Origin: a virus
Taxonomy: Duplodnaviria > Caudoviricetes
Length of the DNA: 64,000 nt
Strand: one strand, 5' to 3'
Virus record (IMG/VR): IMGVR_UViG_3300035517_000076
Span: 61,353 to 125,352 of that record
Shown in pieces: positions 32,001-41,765 of the stretch (the first letter of the stretch is position 1; every line of letters starts with the position of its first letter). The translations under genes and the position numbers were made by a program. The notes beneath the pieces are model-generated. The model worked only from the letters and a program-made list of their open reading frames with translations, made no database searches and was not told the DNA's origin.

Positions 32001-35000
32001 TACTATGAAGGAGATGTTACTCCAGAGCCTAATACTATAATGGTATTTGGTAGTAATGTTGAAGGAAGACATGGTAAGGGAGCAGCGTTATTCGCTAAAA
32101 AGAATTTTGGTGCTCGTTATGGTATAGGTGAAGGCCTTACTGGAAATGCTTATGCTCTTCCAACAAAAGATTTGAGAGTAAAGGAAAATAATAGTCTAAG
32201 AAGTATTTCAAAGGAAAAGATTATTGAGAGTATTAAGAAACTATATGACACTGCCGAACAGCATCCTGACAAACAATTTAAAGTTGCTTACAGAAATACT
32301 GAAACAGAATCTTTAAATGGTTATACAGGAATTGAGATGATTGAAATGTTTAAGGCAGCTGGTAATATACCTAGTAATATAGTCTTTAGCAAAGAATGGG
32401 TAGATACTGGAGCTTTTGATGTTGAGTCTAATGTCTATTCTTCTGAAGTATTCAATACTCTCTCTTCTGATCTCGTTGAAACTGAGGAATATGAAAAGCC
32501 TTGGAAGGAAGATCCAGACCGTACTAATAGAGCGGTGAAGATTTATTTGAAGGGAGAAAGAGAAAAGGGGTACTTTGAGGTGGTGAAAGACGAAGAGAGA
32601 GAATATTACTCTGTTCATTTTAAACCTGCCAATAAGAATAATCCTAAGTCTTTTACTAAGAATGAAAAGGCTATTCTCTTTCAAGCTGTTGCAGATATTC
32701 TTCCTGCTGGTTCTAAGATTTCTACCCACGGGACTATTACTAGAGGTGGAGTTGCTGGTCTTGAAAGATTCAGAACTTTACAAAGTCAAACAGGTAGATT
32801 TATAGATACTGGAGAAGTTCGTACAGTCAATAGGAATACTAATTTCATGGAAGGTAATTCTAGAATTGCTAGAAATAATATGTTAATTCATATTATTAGG
32901 CAGCGTTTGATGGATAAAGAAACTATGAAAGAAAGATTCACTCCCGGTGGTTTTGATCATCCAAAAGCTGCTGCTCGTAGAATGAGACAACTAGCATTTG
33001 GAGAATATGAAATTACTGAGAAGCCTATTCCAACTAGTAAAGAAGATCCTGATTGGTCTGAAAAAGACAAAATTATTGAAGAAAGAAAACAAAATTTCCA
33101 AAAAAGAAAGGAACTTATAGACAAAGACAGTAAGGAAAAGCCTGATCCTCTTCCTGAATATGATTATAGTGATCCTATGACTATGTTGATATTTAATCAA
33201 CAGAATCAAGTTGCAGGAAAACTAATTGGTATTTATGCTAATCAGAATGCTAATACGGCACTAACTTCTTTAGTAAAGGAGTATAAAACCAGATTCCCTA
33301 TTGCATTTGGTAATCATATTTCTGATGGTGGATTATCAAACTTGATGAGTGAAAATGCTTCAAGAGCTACTGCTGAATTATTGGCTTCTTCTGTAGATGC
33401 AGTAAAAGACCCTGTACTTAATTACCTCAACTTAAATATTACAACAGCTAATGATGGAGCAGTATTGGCCCGTCTTGGTTATTCTTTTGAAGAAATTGGT
33501 GCTTTATTTAATCAGCCAATTATCAAAGATTTATGTGAGTATATTCAAAATACAGGAGTTACTTTTGATGAAGCCGTAGCCCAGATGAAAAGAGAATACG
33601 CTTCTTCTGTTAATTCAAATGTGATGAGTTCATTAGATAGACAACTTAGATTCAGTACTGAAGCTCTTGAGAGTTTTATTATTGAAGGAAAGCAAGATCA
33701 TTCTAAATACTCTGATCTATTTAAGGCTTATCAGTTGGAGATTCTCAATCTGTATAATGGTATTCATCAGGTAGGAGAAGAAGTTAATGACTTCATTAAT
33801 GCTACTAAATTCTCTGCTTCCAATTCTGTCCAGTCTACATTTGGAAAGATGATTGTTCAAGGAAACAAAGCTAATAAGTATATTAAAGGAGCTACCGATG
33901 CAAGAAGTAAAACTATCCTTGTATTCAAAGATCATAAGAGTGAGATTGTAAAAGACGATAGACATGGTGGAGTTATCAGAAAAGAAATTGGTAAAGCCGC
34001 TATCGAAAGACCATTATTAGGAGATTATAAATCTTATATTAAGCGTGTTTGTCTAAACAATCCATTTGCTTATGAGCAGTGTATGTATGATTGTAACTAC
34101 TATGCTGTTCAAGCTATTGCTCAAGATAAATTCCCTTATTTTACTGAATTATATGAGGAAATGAGAAGTTGTCTTGGTATAGTTTCTACTGGATCCAATG
34201 GAGATGTTATTGATCTTGCTCATGCTGATTTTCAGAATTTTATTCTGAGCTATCTTCCTTATAGTGTATTTAATGGAGAGTCTGAGATGGAATACCGTGT
34301 CGTAGTAGAAAATGGAAAAAATACTGCTATTGAATACGGAAGTCTTGCAGATGACAGCAGTCTTTTTGCTGATGTATCAAATAGACAATTCTATCTAAAC
34401 TACTTTCCTGATATGCTACTTAATTTGAAAAAGACTCTTAATAAAGCTCTTCATGGCGAGTCTGTACAAAGCGAAGTTCGTATTGGTGCAGTAAAGCTTA
34501 CTAGAGAAGAAGCTTTAGACCTTGAGAAACTTTTAAGTAGAATTGAGTATTCTAATATTAAATATACAAATGAAGAAGGAAAGCAAGTAACCAGAAGAGC
34601 ATTGGCTATTAATACAAGAGATTTATTGAAAGATGAATTGGCAGGACTACAATCAGAATTTGAAGCAGTAGCTAATGCTACTAATCCAATATCTAATCAA
34701 GTAGTATCTGATTTGTTTATTTATGATTTCTTTGAAAATGGCCAAAGCATGAATGGTAAATCTTTTAATATGCTTATTCCAAAGATGTTTAAAGCTAAAT
34801 TCATTATAGGACAATACGAGGATGAAACTACGGGTACTTTGAGAACAGTTCGTTATAGAGACATACTCAAAGCAGTAAATAGTGGTTCTGTACTTACTGT
34901 TAATCGTGGAAATACTATTAACAGATTCCTTGAAGAATTTTCTTTAAATCACACTGACCTTCCTGGTGTATGTAAAACTTTTGATCTAAGTAATCTATCT

Positions 35001-35693
35001 GCTAGAGCTAATGAAAATAGGACTAGACTTGATAGAGGACTTTGGATTAAAGTTAATGCTGAAGGTATGGATGCTTATAGAGCAGCAGGAAGCATGGATA
35101 ATATCAATTATACTCCAATAACTAAGTATGTTGATTCATTTACTATTAAGTGTACAATGATTGACAAGGGAGAAGTTATTAAGTCTCCAATCTGTAAGAA
35201 AATTATAGATATTATGGACTATAGTCAAGACCCTCCGGTCAAAGCTCAATTGTATAACTGTTATCCTATTTTGAATATCAATGGTGTTTATTATAGAGCT
35301 TATAATGAAGCTAATGAATCAAGATCAGAAGATGAGGAAATGAATGACAGTGGATTAGTATTTAATCAATCTACCAGTTTATCTGGAGATAATGGAGAAA
35401 TTACCTATGTTAGAGTAACTAAAAGAGAGACTAATGCTTACAATGACAGAGGTGGACTATTAGGTTCTGAAAGAATTAATAACTTTGGAGAAGTAGAAGA
35501 AGGTAATGAAGAAAGCTTTACTCTCTCTGAGGATTATGAAAGAAGACTAGTGGTTAATCAACTAAGTAAACGTACACAGGAAATCTTTAATGAAACTGAA
35601 AATGCTGATGAACGTATTCAACAAATTCTTGAAGACCCTGAAGTACAAAACTGTGAATGCATTGATCCTAATACAGGTGAAAAACTTTGTTAA
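26049..35693 (+). CDS. giant virion-packaged DNA-dependent RNA polymerase catalytic subunit (crAss-like, two-barrel)
   Basis: 3214 aa; TDGQGY, YRIP, catalytic GFDFDIDK (31536-31559), VDAVKDP. Confidence 0.9.
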   Translation: MDYCYLPTRKDSLIAKVYADFRGENEKEKSIGRYVATLRGMYDEAVRKATPPGETPQLPDWDNMSIVETLRTLQRFRADLKSGKKNFLKKVDSALQNAINTGKGMRRLQKAYTPTTRELRISRITTDVSKEIDLIQEKFPNLSRAQIGMGVKTADGTTKFGALNIYDKLFNKYLAKAERYEHLGEEEKAKEYYKILDNWESLVTLSMLRLRDIEQLKIGIDGSYAAETDENDYNDTDVEDLVNLEEMEKDGWMEVAESMSAYASIGKQVRRVLAMIPAVDENGKVITDDLGEPINADPVKVHQNLVAITRGCTSSITMIKAITDAASYNKMMLKVLEVLCPGIVEQRPDGTIYMDKSFDDAMSRMFKKFLAEKQIPNAERYKSFQDYENFLEQKIASINSQIVEPSENATKEEREAIEEQKSMYAEDIKLYNELLEETKAVEQVYMAKADNAMSMRSAFFHDLYSNFAPLTTLEKVTNAVTGISKWAVRLLNRRSNASLYQNAKSHMTIGYNYKTSGFEMHEFIYDEEGHIDFNGLNAIQYSILNVVGKKDFTQLYSNAYLKIQQELKEAQKIVATTTEERIAKEKKIEEIKKRLSTEAGEFNYKNIDAIKRILRAFGIDSKDMNLTAQAIYSNRAARIEFQKAATNFNQHFIETASVQRAKANAIEYEKDSEGNNVLDERGQPIISKDNHGGIVFSKKYTPTMEYYFGKKISSSPSNYTELEEALMKFTSLVAENDPNIKLEARVPYMDKHGNPTRLSSDVNPSYLGDMVQQIQGIVKAGNKTLLKEYLENNFFKCSMFADILRIERREVTKIVGGKEVKVPTYVPVYGNIRNYWLRKLYEQCLDKDASLTMPDGFAANVSWNRLIGDNKNAENAQRFEDYSMKQHALAMLTAYAQNAENSYADYPVFILGDSGVMKFMRGPILSREEIIDELVDNVINQELTRSRLASGTKRILEDQNMPIIDNFCKNANKFSILPFFNENYEIKVVDKLINGTQVDPYVAIVEKGTDNIVTRDEIKRVIQENFEQKEQEYYDFISSKGLLKEVNGKYLYIEDSVAKRMTKYIKIIDQQDPVTKRFFKGEAKDVSEVIALVKREQGREITEEEAKAISKEDIRKMVARELVKEMYYNTRFATIEQIQLMTTDPSFYKNVVDLQKRYKEIHAPGKKLDVTAWDKFNHRLFTDRTVRLGDGNVDYKRDYNERVVYFDDISIPGSEVGVKRGSLESEFTSVMESIFGKDSAEYKEYEKGCTLTDGQGYRTLKGFRRVMGMAGKWTEEHEAVYKKILQYSDKLKNRTVSDEEKQSYIKEIVKLSTVMQPVKPYLYSKERINGFNTRKDITDEHNQKISEQAAPNYIDIPVQHKYAEVILIPELLPEGSRLRQLAELMDRDDEGIRTKNGIAVTKYGIDLVCSTKAVKVGGFGSIAFDFQTNDEGLYVDASGNVIKDASGNNPKTRDDQKRNSEFRKLAVPVNNVTFAKQFDKAYVHKLSYEDYRIQTNVPNHINHDALFGTQVRKLVLAHLKTDEGYAGYRRYLSKIIEGESEAVGVNLTGEIGGEKTLLDGNGLMTFYNQLICANILESYESFKKAVATLPSTSRYLIQQAISSSRESEDNILAYCLTGDADFLLPLFENSTAHDASASLFSIFKKAVNKQRISGGAAVQASSWGITKVEHGSDYGNLEYHGEVARDENGKVIYDSNGKPKYDNILYGDCEIPFNLHYSYVDKRGNVREVKLNFEDYCNPDGTLKESGRRIDIRAIAEGDSRVVDPNTPLGGSIVKEALIEKHFPGILDIIAYRIPSESAYSMLNLRVKRFSKPTEGGTIKVPPQGTVQAGFDFDIDKLYLMRKEFRLSNKRLSKEQRRRVWQSFWSDPKNKDIVTALKDAKKSEESLLPMIDKLLDSIGVTDEEDTESGNSTSLLNYWEAAGLDPKMLPVFRDLILNYGFGFDEYDLDAPVNAFDKTINIPIFQKEGVYSVSTNVVSSTINRPSYYEGDVTPEPNTIMVFGSNVEGRHGKGAALFAKKNFGARYGIGEGLTGNAYALPTKDLRVKENNSLRSISKEKIIESIKKLYDTAEQHPDKQFKVAYRNTETESLNGYTGIEMIEMFKAAGNIPSNIVFSKEWVDTGAFDVESNVYSSEVFNTLSSDLVETEEYEKPWKEDPDRTNRAVKIYLKGEREKGYFEVVKDEEREYYSVHFKPANKNNPKSFTKNEKAILFQAVADILPAGSKISTHGTITRGGVAGLERFRTLQSQTGRFIDTGEVRTVNRNTNFMEGNSRIARNNMLIHIIRQRLMDKETMKERFTPGGFDHPKAAARRMRQLAFGEYEITEKPIPTSKEDPDWSEKDKIIEERKQNFQKRKELIDKDSKEKPDPLPEYDYSDPMTMLIFNQQNQVAGKLIGIYANQNANTALTSLVKEYKTRFPIAFGNHISDGGLSNLMSENASRATAELLASSVDAVKDPVLNYLNLNITTANDGAVLARLGYSFEEIGALFNQPIIKDLCEYIQNTGVTFDEAVAQMKREYASSVNSNVMSSLDRQLRFSTEALESFIIEGKQDHSKYSDLFKAYQLEILNLYNGIHQVGEEVNDFINATKFSASNSVQSTFGKMIVQGNKANKYIKGATDARSKTILVFKDHKSEIVKDDRHGGVIRKEIGKAAIERPLLGDYKSYIKRVCLNNPFAYEQCMYDCNYYAVQAIAQDKFPYFTELYEEMRSCLGIVSTGSNGDVIDLAHADFQNFILSYLPYSVFNGESEMEYRVVVENGKNTAIEYGSLADDSSLFADVSNRQFYLNYFPDMLLNLKKTLNKALHGESVQSEVRIGAVKLTREEALDLEKLLSRIEYSNIKYTNEEGKQVTRRALAINTRDLLKDELAGLQSEFEAVANATNPISNQVVSDLFIYDFFENGQSMNGKSFNMLIPKMFKAKFIIGQYEDETTGTLRTVRYRDILKAVNSGSVLTVNRGNTINRFLEEFSLNHTDLPGVCKTFDLSNLSARANENRTRLDRGLWIKVNAEGMDAYRAAGSMDNINYTPITKYVDSFTIKCTMIDKGEVIKSPICKKIIDIMDYSQDPPVKAQLYNCYPILNINGVYYRAYNEANESRSEDEEMNDSGLVFNQSTSLSGDNGEITYVRVTKRETNAYNDRGGLLGSERINNFGEVEEGNEESFTLSEDYERRLVVNQLSKRTQEIFNETENADERIQQILEDPEVQNCECIDPNTGEKLC

Positions 35694-35715
35694 ACATTAA
35701 AATTAAAATACAATA

Positions 35716-38700
35716 ATGGCAGGAACGTGTCAAATCAAGCCATAGAAACATTAGCTATGGGATGAGATGGAAACAGTATTTGGTAAGAGTAATAGAACTC
35801 AAACTAAATTCTGGTACAAGATTGCACATAATGAAGATTTCCTGAGAATTGCAGGAGATTCTATTAAACTCAATGAGGAAGGCGAACCAACATTCGCCTC
35901 CCTCCTTGAGGCTGCTAAATCTGATAAGTATGAATAGAAGATTTAGCAAGTTCTCCAAGAAGAAATTGGAGGAGAAAAAGAGTACGACTGGAATGAAGCT
36001 GTTACTAAAATAGTACAATTCAACAGAGATACTAATTATAAAAAATTTATGGTAACTGCTGTTCCTACTTCTAAAGGAAAAGTAAAACTACAGATTGTAA
36101 AAAGAAATATAGACAATCAATAGAAACTTGTAGAAGATATTTAGAACAGAAGTTTGCAGTAGCGTATAATCTACTTTTTAAAACAACATGGAGTAGATGT
36201 AACTTTTCTTGAAAATCCAGAATATAACGGTCGTTATAGTACATTTAATGCTTAGAGAACTGAATCAGGATTAATGGCTCTTGTTGAGATTGCTCAGGGC
36301 CGCAATGTTACTCAACCTCTTGCTGAGGAAGCTGGTCACTTTGCCGTCGGTTCTCTTGGAAATCATCCACTAATCAAAAGATTAGAAGCATTAATGACTG
36401 ATGATGTAATTAGACGTATATATGATGGTCATCCAGAGGATTATGATTTGGGTGCTTATCCTGTTAGAGAAGCAATGGGACACTTAGTAGGGAAGATGAT
36501 GTTAGAAAAAGAAAAAGAAACTTCATCTCCTATTGAAAGATTAGCTTAGAGAATTAAATACTTTGCTTGTGTTGCATTTGCTAGAATCTCTAGAAAGAAA
36601 GCTTTGTATGTTAGACTTGAAGCAGAGAAGATAGCTACAAGTATAGCAAGAAGTTTCTTATCTGAAGACTTTGGTGGAACTGTTGAGGATGCAATGATGA
36701 AAGAAGAAACCATGCACAACTCTAAACATATTCCTGAAGTACAAAGAAAATATAATGAAGTTAGAGATAGACTTCAAAGACTAGCCAATCTTCTTAGTAA
36801 GAATAGTACAACTAAGGTAATGTCTAAAAATATTGGTTCTATTATAGACGAAATGGAACTTAATAAAGATTGGGGAGATCCTTTGTTTGTTAGAGACAGT
36901 GCATTATCTGGTATAGTTACAGCCCTAACTGAACTTACTACTTAGATAGGGGATATTAGAGCAAAAATGCAATCTGAATTTGAAAAGGATATGCTTGATG
37001 ATATTGCTTTTCAAAAACATTTCCCTGAGCGTTCAAAACAAATTGGTTAGTACAAAGATGTTGTAGATGCTGTTGTTTAGATTACAAGTTCTTTAAGACA
37101 AGCATTACATGATAAAGCACTTACAGATGATGCTTATAATGTCAATGTTTAGATTTTTGATAGAAGTTCTGGAACATCAAAAACAGTACATAGAAATATA
37201 CAAGACTTGCTTAATTCATTGGATGCTCTTCTTAATGGTGATGGTAACTATTATTAGAAGTTTGATGATGATGGCAATGTTATAGAATCAACACAGATGA
37301 ACTATGGATTAGTTCAAGATGTTCAAGAAAAAGCAAGAATGTTCTTTACTAAATTCTTGGAACTATCCTATGGTAAAGACTATATCATTGTAGCCAAAAG
37401 AGTAGTATTCAACGGAATTAAAGTTCGTAGAATTATGTCTAAGAGATGGAGGATGGATTAGATAGTAGACTATCAAATCGAAAAATCCTCTTGGTGGAAT
37501 AAATGGTATGGTAATGCAGCCACTTGTTCTGATGTTGTTTGTTAGATTGCCTTTAAAGCCTTTAAAGCTGTACAAAGAAGATCTTAGGAATAGACTATTT
37601 CTGTACAAGATTAGTTGAGAGCTTTATGTATCGAGATGAAAAATATAGGAATTTCAGATCCTTCATTTTTTGTAGAACGTAATGAACAAGGAGTACCTAC
37701 AGGTAATTTCCTTAATCTCTATGATATGTATAGATTTGATTAGGACAGAGCAGAGTTCTTTGCAAGAAAGAGGGCAGAGTTCGAGGAGTTGTACAAGGAT
37801 AACTTGGTAGCAAGAACAGGTAATACTGCCCCTCTTTGGAGCAGTGCTCGTGTGGGAATTGAATTTGAAGCTTATATTCATGCTGATTATATATAGTGGA
37901 AAAAAGATCACATGAAATGGAGTGTTGAAAGAAAACAACTCATGCCTAATGAAAGTTACCTTAGTAAAACTTATGCAGAAAAAATTCTTCATATAAATAC
38001 TGCTGCTGCTGACTGGAAAAACCTAGCTATAATTCAAGAGTATAGTCCCGGTCTTTTTACTACGGAATAGAAATTCTTTAATAAATTAACTGCTATCAAA
38101 GAAAGGCTCGATGCTAAACTTCCAGATGGTAGTACATCATATTATAGAATGCCTTAGTTTAGAGAATTAATAGTTAATAGATTTAAGAATAGAATGGGCT
38201 ATGATATTAATCCTCTTACTGCTGTTAGAAAGGTAAATTCTACAATTGGTGAAACATTTAGAAAAGAATTTTCTATGGATGTTACAACAGGTGATTATGG
38301 TAGTGATTTAACTTTTAACTCTGAAGAAGATAGACTAGTATATAATCCTGCTGCTGCTTAGTCTGAAGCTTGTGATCGTATTCCTTTGTATGGTATTAAT
38401 ATGCTTAATATGATGGAAGGAAATACAGCAAGAAGAAATCTATATAGAACTAAAGTTCAAATTGAAAATACTGAGAGTCAAATAGCTTATTTAGAAAGTC
38501 TTCCTTCATTAACTATTAATCAGACTGAAGAGCTTAGAGGATTGAAGGAAAACTTAACTAAATTGAAAGAGAAAGAAACTGAAGCTTAGGAAGCTTATGA
38601 TAAATTTATTAGGGAAGGTAATCCTAATGTTTCAACCGATCTCTTCCACTCTATTCTTGCTTATGCAGATATGGCTAATAACTATAGTGCATTAGATGAA

Positions 38701-41700
38701 ATAGCCGGTACTCTTGAAGTAGGTAGAAAGGTTCTTTTAAATAGAAAGATAGACGGAGTTGAATATATATTTAAAGGTAGTAAAAATACAGGAGTTAAAC
38801 TTAAAGATGTTGCTACTACTGAAGCTGAATATAAAGATAAGAAAGGAGAGGGTACTTATGCCTATTAGAATTATTGCAGCTTTATAGAAAAGAATATCTA
38901 TGGACAAAGCTGGATGAGTGATCCTAATGTAAAACAACATAAGATTCTTACTGCTTTATATAATCATTTACAAAGTGCTGTATCTGCATCATTCTTAGGA
39001 GCTAAACTTTCAGTAACTTTACTAAACTTAGTAGATGGTATTGTAGCTATTACTATACATACATTCCAAGGAAGAGGATATGGAAAGAGACAATTATTCA
39101 AAGCTAATTGTACTTTCTTCTTTAAACTAATGCTCCCTGCTCTCCTTAAAGAAGCTGGATTTAGATTATCAAGCACTAAGTTTAAAGACGATCCTCTTTC
39201 TCTTATAATGCGACAGTTTAATATAGATAATAAAAATGTAGAAAGATTTAGAACATGGGACACAAGAAGCCCTATTAATAAAAGTGCTACATGGAATCAA
39301 TATCTATATGGAGGAATGAGAATGGGAGAAATCTATATGACAGCTATTCCTTATATTGCATCTATGCAAACTAAAAAAGTAATTACAAAGGAAGGTCATA
39401 AAGATTCTTTGTGGAATGTCTACATGAAAGAGAATAAAGACAGCATGAGCTGGTTTAGACACTTCTTCTCAAATCAAATGTTTGGAAGTACAACCAGAAC
39501 TATGGATCTAAAGAATACTTATTTTTCAAGACCTGAAGATAGAAGGCAGTATTTAGCACTTGAATAGGCTGAGGAGATTATTCAAAATATTCTTGACAGT
39601 AATATAGCTTTAGATGATTCTTAGTTTAGAGCAAAAGCTGGAACTATCCTTCCTGTTGTAGAAGATGCTTTAAATATTTATGAAGGAAGTAAAGGACATT
39701 CATTAGGTAATAAACTTGTAAGTTAGACAGTAGCAGCATATCTAAGAACAAAAAGAATTAGTTATACTGATCCTACTACTGGAGATATTGATGTTACAAG
39801 AAAAGGACTTATTACATTAGTAAATAATATTCATATTGCTAAACGTAATCTTACATGGACCTCTTAGGAAGAATCTTCTTTCTTGGAAAAGTGCTGTCTG
39901 GATGCTAACTATATGCACGGTATTTATGACAAAGATCATAAAGGAGACTTGAATAGACATTGGTACACAGCAGCATGGTCAGCTATGAAAGGATATGCTT
40001 TTGGTATGTTTGCTAATTAGTGGTCTGGAACAAGACATGATATATTTAATGAACACATGAGAGTTGATGAAACTGGTATGCCTATGTTCTATACAGAACA
40101 GTTTGATCCTTCAACAGGAGAAAAAGTAGAGGGTTATACAGAAGAAGACTTGGCTGAATTAAATGAAAAGATTGTAAAATGTGTTGATGTTCCTAGTACT
40201 AATCCATCAGATCCAGGATATATAGATGATCCTTAGGAAGGACTTATTTATATTAATAGAGAAGTTATTATTGAAGAAGGTTCTACAACTCCTAGAGCTA
40301 CATGGGTTGAGTATCGCTATGAAAATGGAGAGTTTGTACAGCATCCAGAAATTACTTGGGACCCTTGGGAAACAGGATAGTTCTCTGGAGGTATTAATAC
40401 TGCTGTTAAAGTGCTTATGACTACGTTTAATAAGAAATTCTATTTGAATTTCTTAGCACTAGGATTAGCTGCGATTTCTCCAGTCACTAATACTTAGTGG
40501 AGTAACAGAGTAGGTGGAAAAGTTTTATCAAAATAGGGATTTGATCAAGATGCTTTTATGAGTCTTAAAAAGTATGTAGGATTTGTATATGCTACAGTTG
40601 CTATGTATGTATTATAGAATCTCATCAAGAATTGGGTAGGACCAGATCCAGATGATGATGATGCAATGAAAAAGCTTACATTTGAGGAACAAGTAGAAAT
40701 CTTTGAAAAGAATACTAAAATGACTAATCCTTATGAGTAGATTAATCTTACTAAGGATGTGCATATTACTAAAAGTGATAGAGAAGTTATTAAGAAACTT
40801 AGAAGAGATTGGGCTAAGGGTATTGCTGCTGATTATAATGCTTTTCAAATGCTGATAGATGCTGGTAAGGTAGATCCTAAAGCATTAAGTAAAATACAAG
40901 CTTTGGCTAATAATTTTAATAATGGTATCAATACTACTATTAAAAATAGACAAATAGACTTTAGAGGAATAGCTTATTATATTGCAGGTAGAGCTTATAG
41001 AGATGTTTATGCTTATACTGATCCTACTCTCGGATTGTTCTTAATGTGGAAAGATTCGCCAGCAAGACAGGAAGGTATTACTCTTTCTAACCTATTACAA
41101 GGTACAACTATTGTAGCAGGATTAGGTTAGTTTGGTGAAGCAGTATCACAAACTTTTGGAGGCCTTGTTTATGATGATGTTAATGAACAAGGTACTTTAT
41201 TCTATGATGTAATGTAGGAAAAATTACAATATTAGAAAGATGTATATAAAAGTAAAATTAAAGGTACTGCTGATACTCAAGATAATATAGATATGCTTGG
41301 TAATATTGTGATTAGAATAAATGCTCATCCAGAAGTTAAAGATGTAAAGGGTCTTACTTAGTATATAACTTCTGAACAAGCAGAGTTCTTAAATAAGATG
41401 CACATAAGACCAGATGATTTATTTGAACTTGCAGCAAGTTGTACTTCTGATGCTGGAAATACTGGAAAGTTTGTTGAGTGGATGATAGATAAAGGTTATA
41501 CTAAGCACCAAGAATGGAAGGATGTTATGAAGCAATACTTCTATCAGAAAAATAATACTGATAAAGGTATTGTTGTAGGAGATCCAAAATATAAACAATC
41601 ATGGAAAATGATTATACCATTATGGGACATGAAGAATGAAAATCTTCTATACAGTCCTTGGGCTGCATATACTGGATATTTATTTGCTTTGAGAGCACAC

Positions 41701-41706
41701 TCATAA
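35716..41706 (+). CDS. giant virion cargo / RNAP-associated protein, 1996 aa (TAG read as Gln)
   Basis: Track fragments 36274, 36604, 38386, 38671, 38914, 40759 and 41398 share one frame. All end in TAG except the last (TAA). N-terminal MAGTCQIKP..LNEEGEPT, zincin-like EEAGH, hydrophobic C-terminal helices. Confidence 0.85.
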
Positions 41707-41722
41707 TGTTATTACAAAAATT

Positions 41723-41761
41723 AAGGGTAGGGAAGTAATACTTCTCTACCCTTTCTTTTTT
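41723..41761. terminator. terminator between convergent gene blocks (probably bidirectional)
   Basis: AAGGGTAGGGAAGT-AAT-ACTTCTCTACCCTT with a T-tract on the right and an A-tract on the left. Confidence 0.8.
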
Positions 41762-41765
41762 AGGT

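Noticed and set aside
26049-35693. Intein in the RNAP gene
   Set aside because: No C/S...HN-C/S/T splice motifs or LAGLIDADG blocks recognised; the insertions look like ordinary domains
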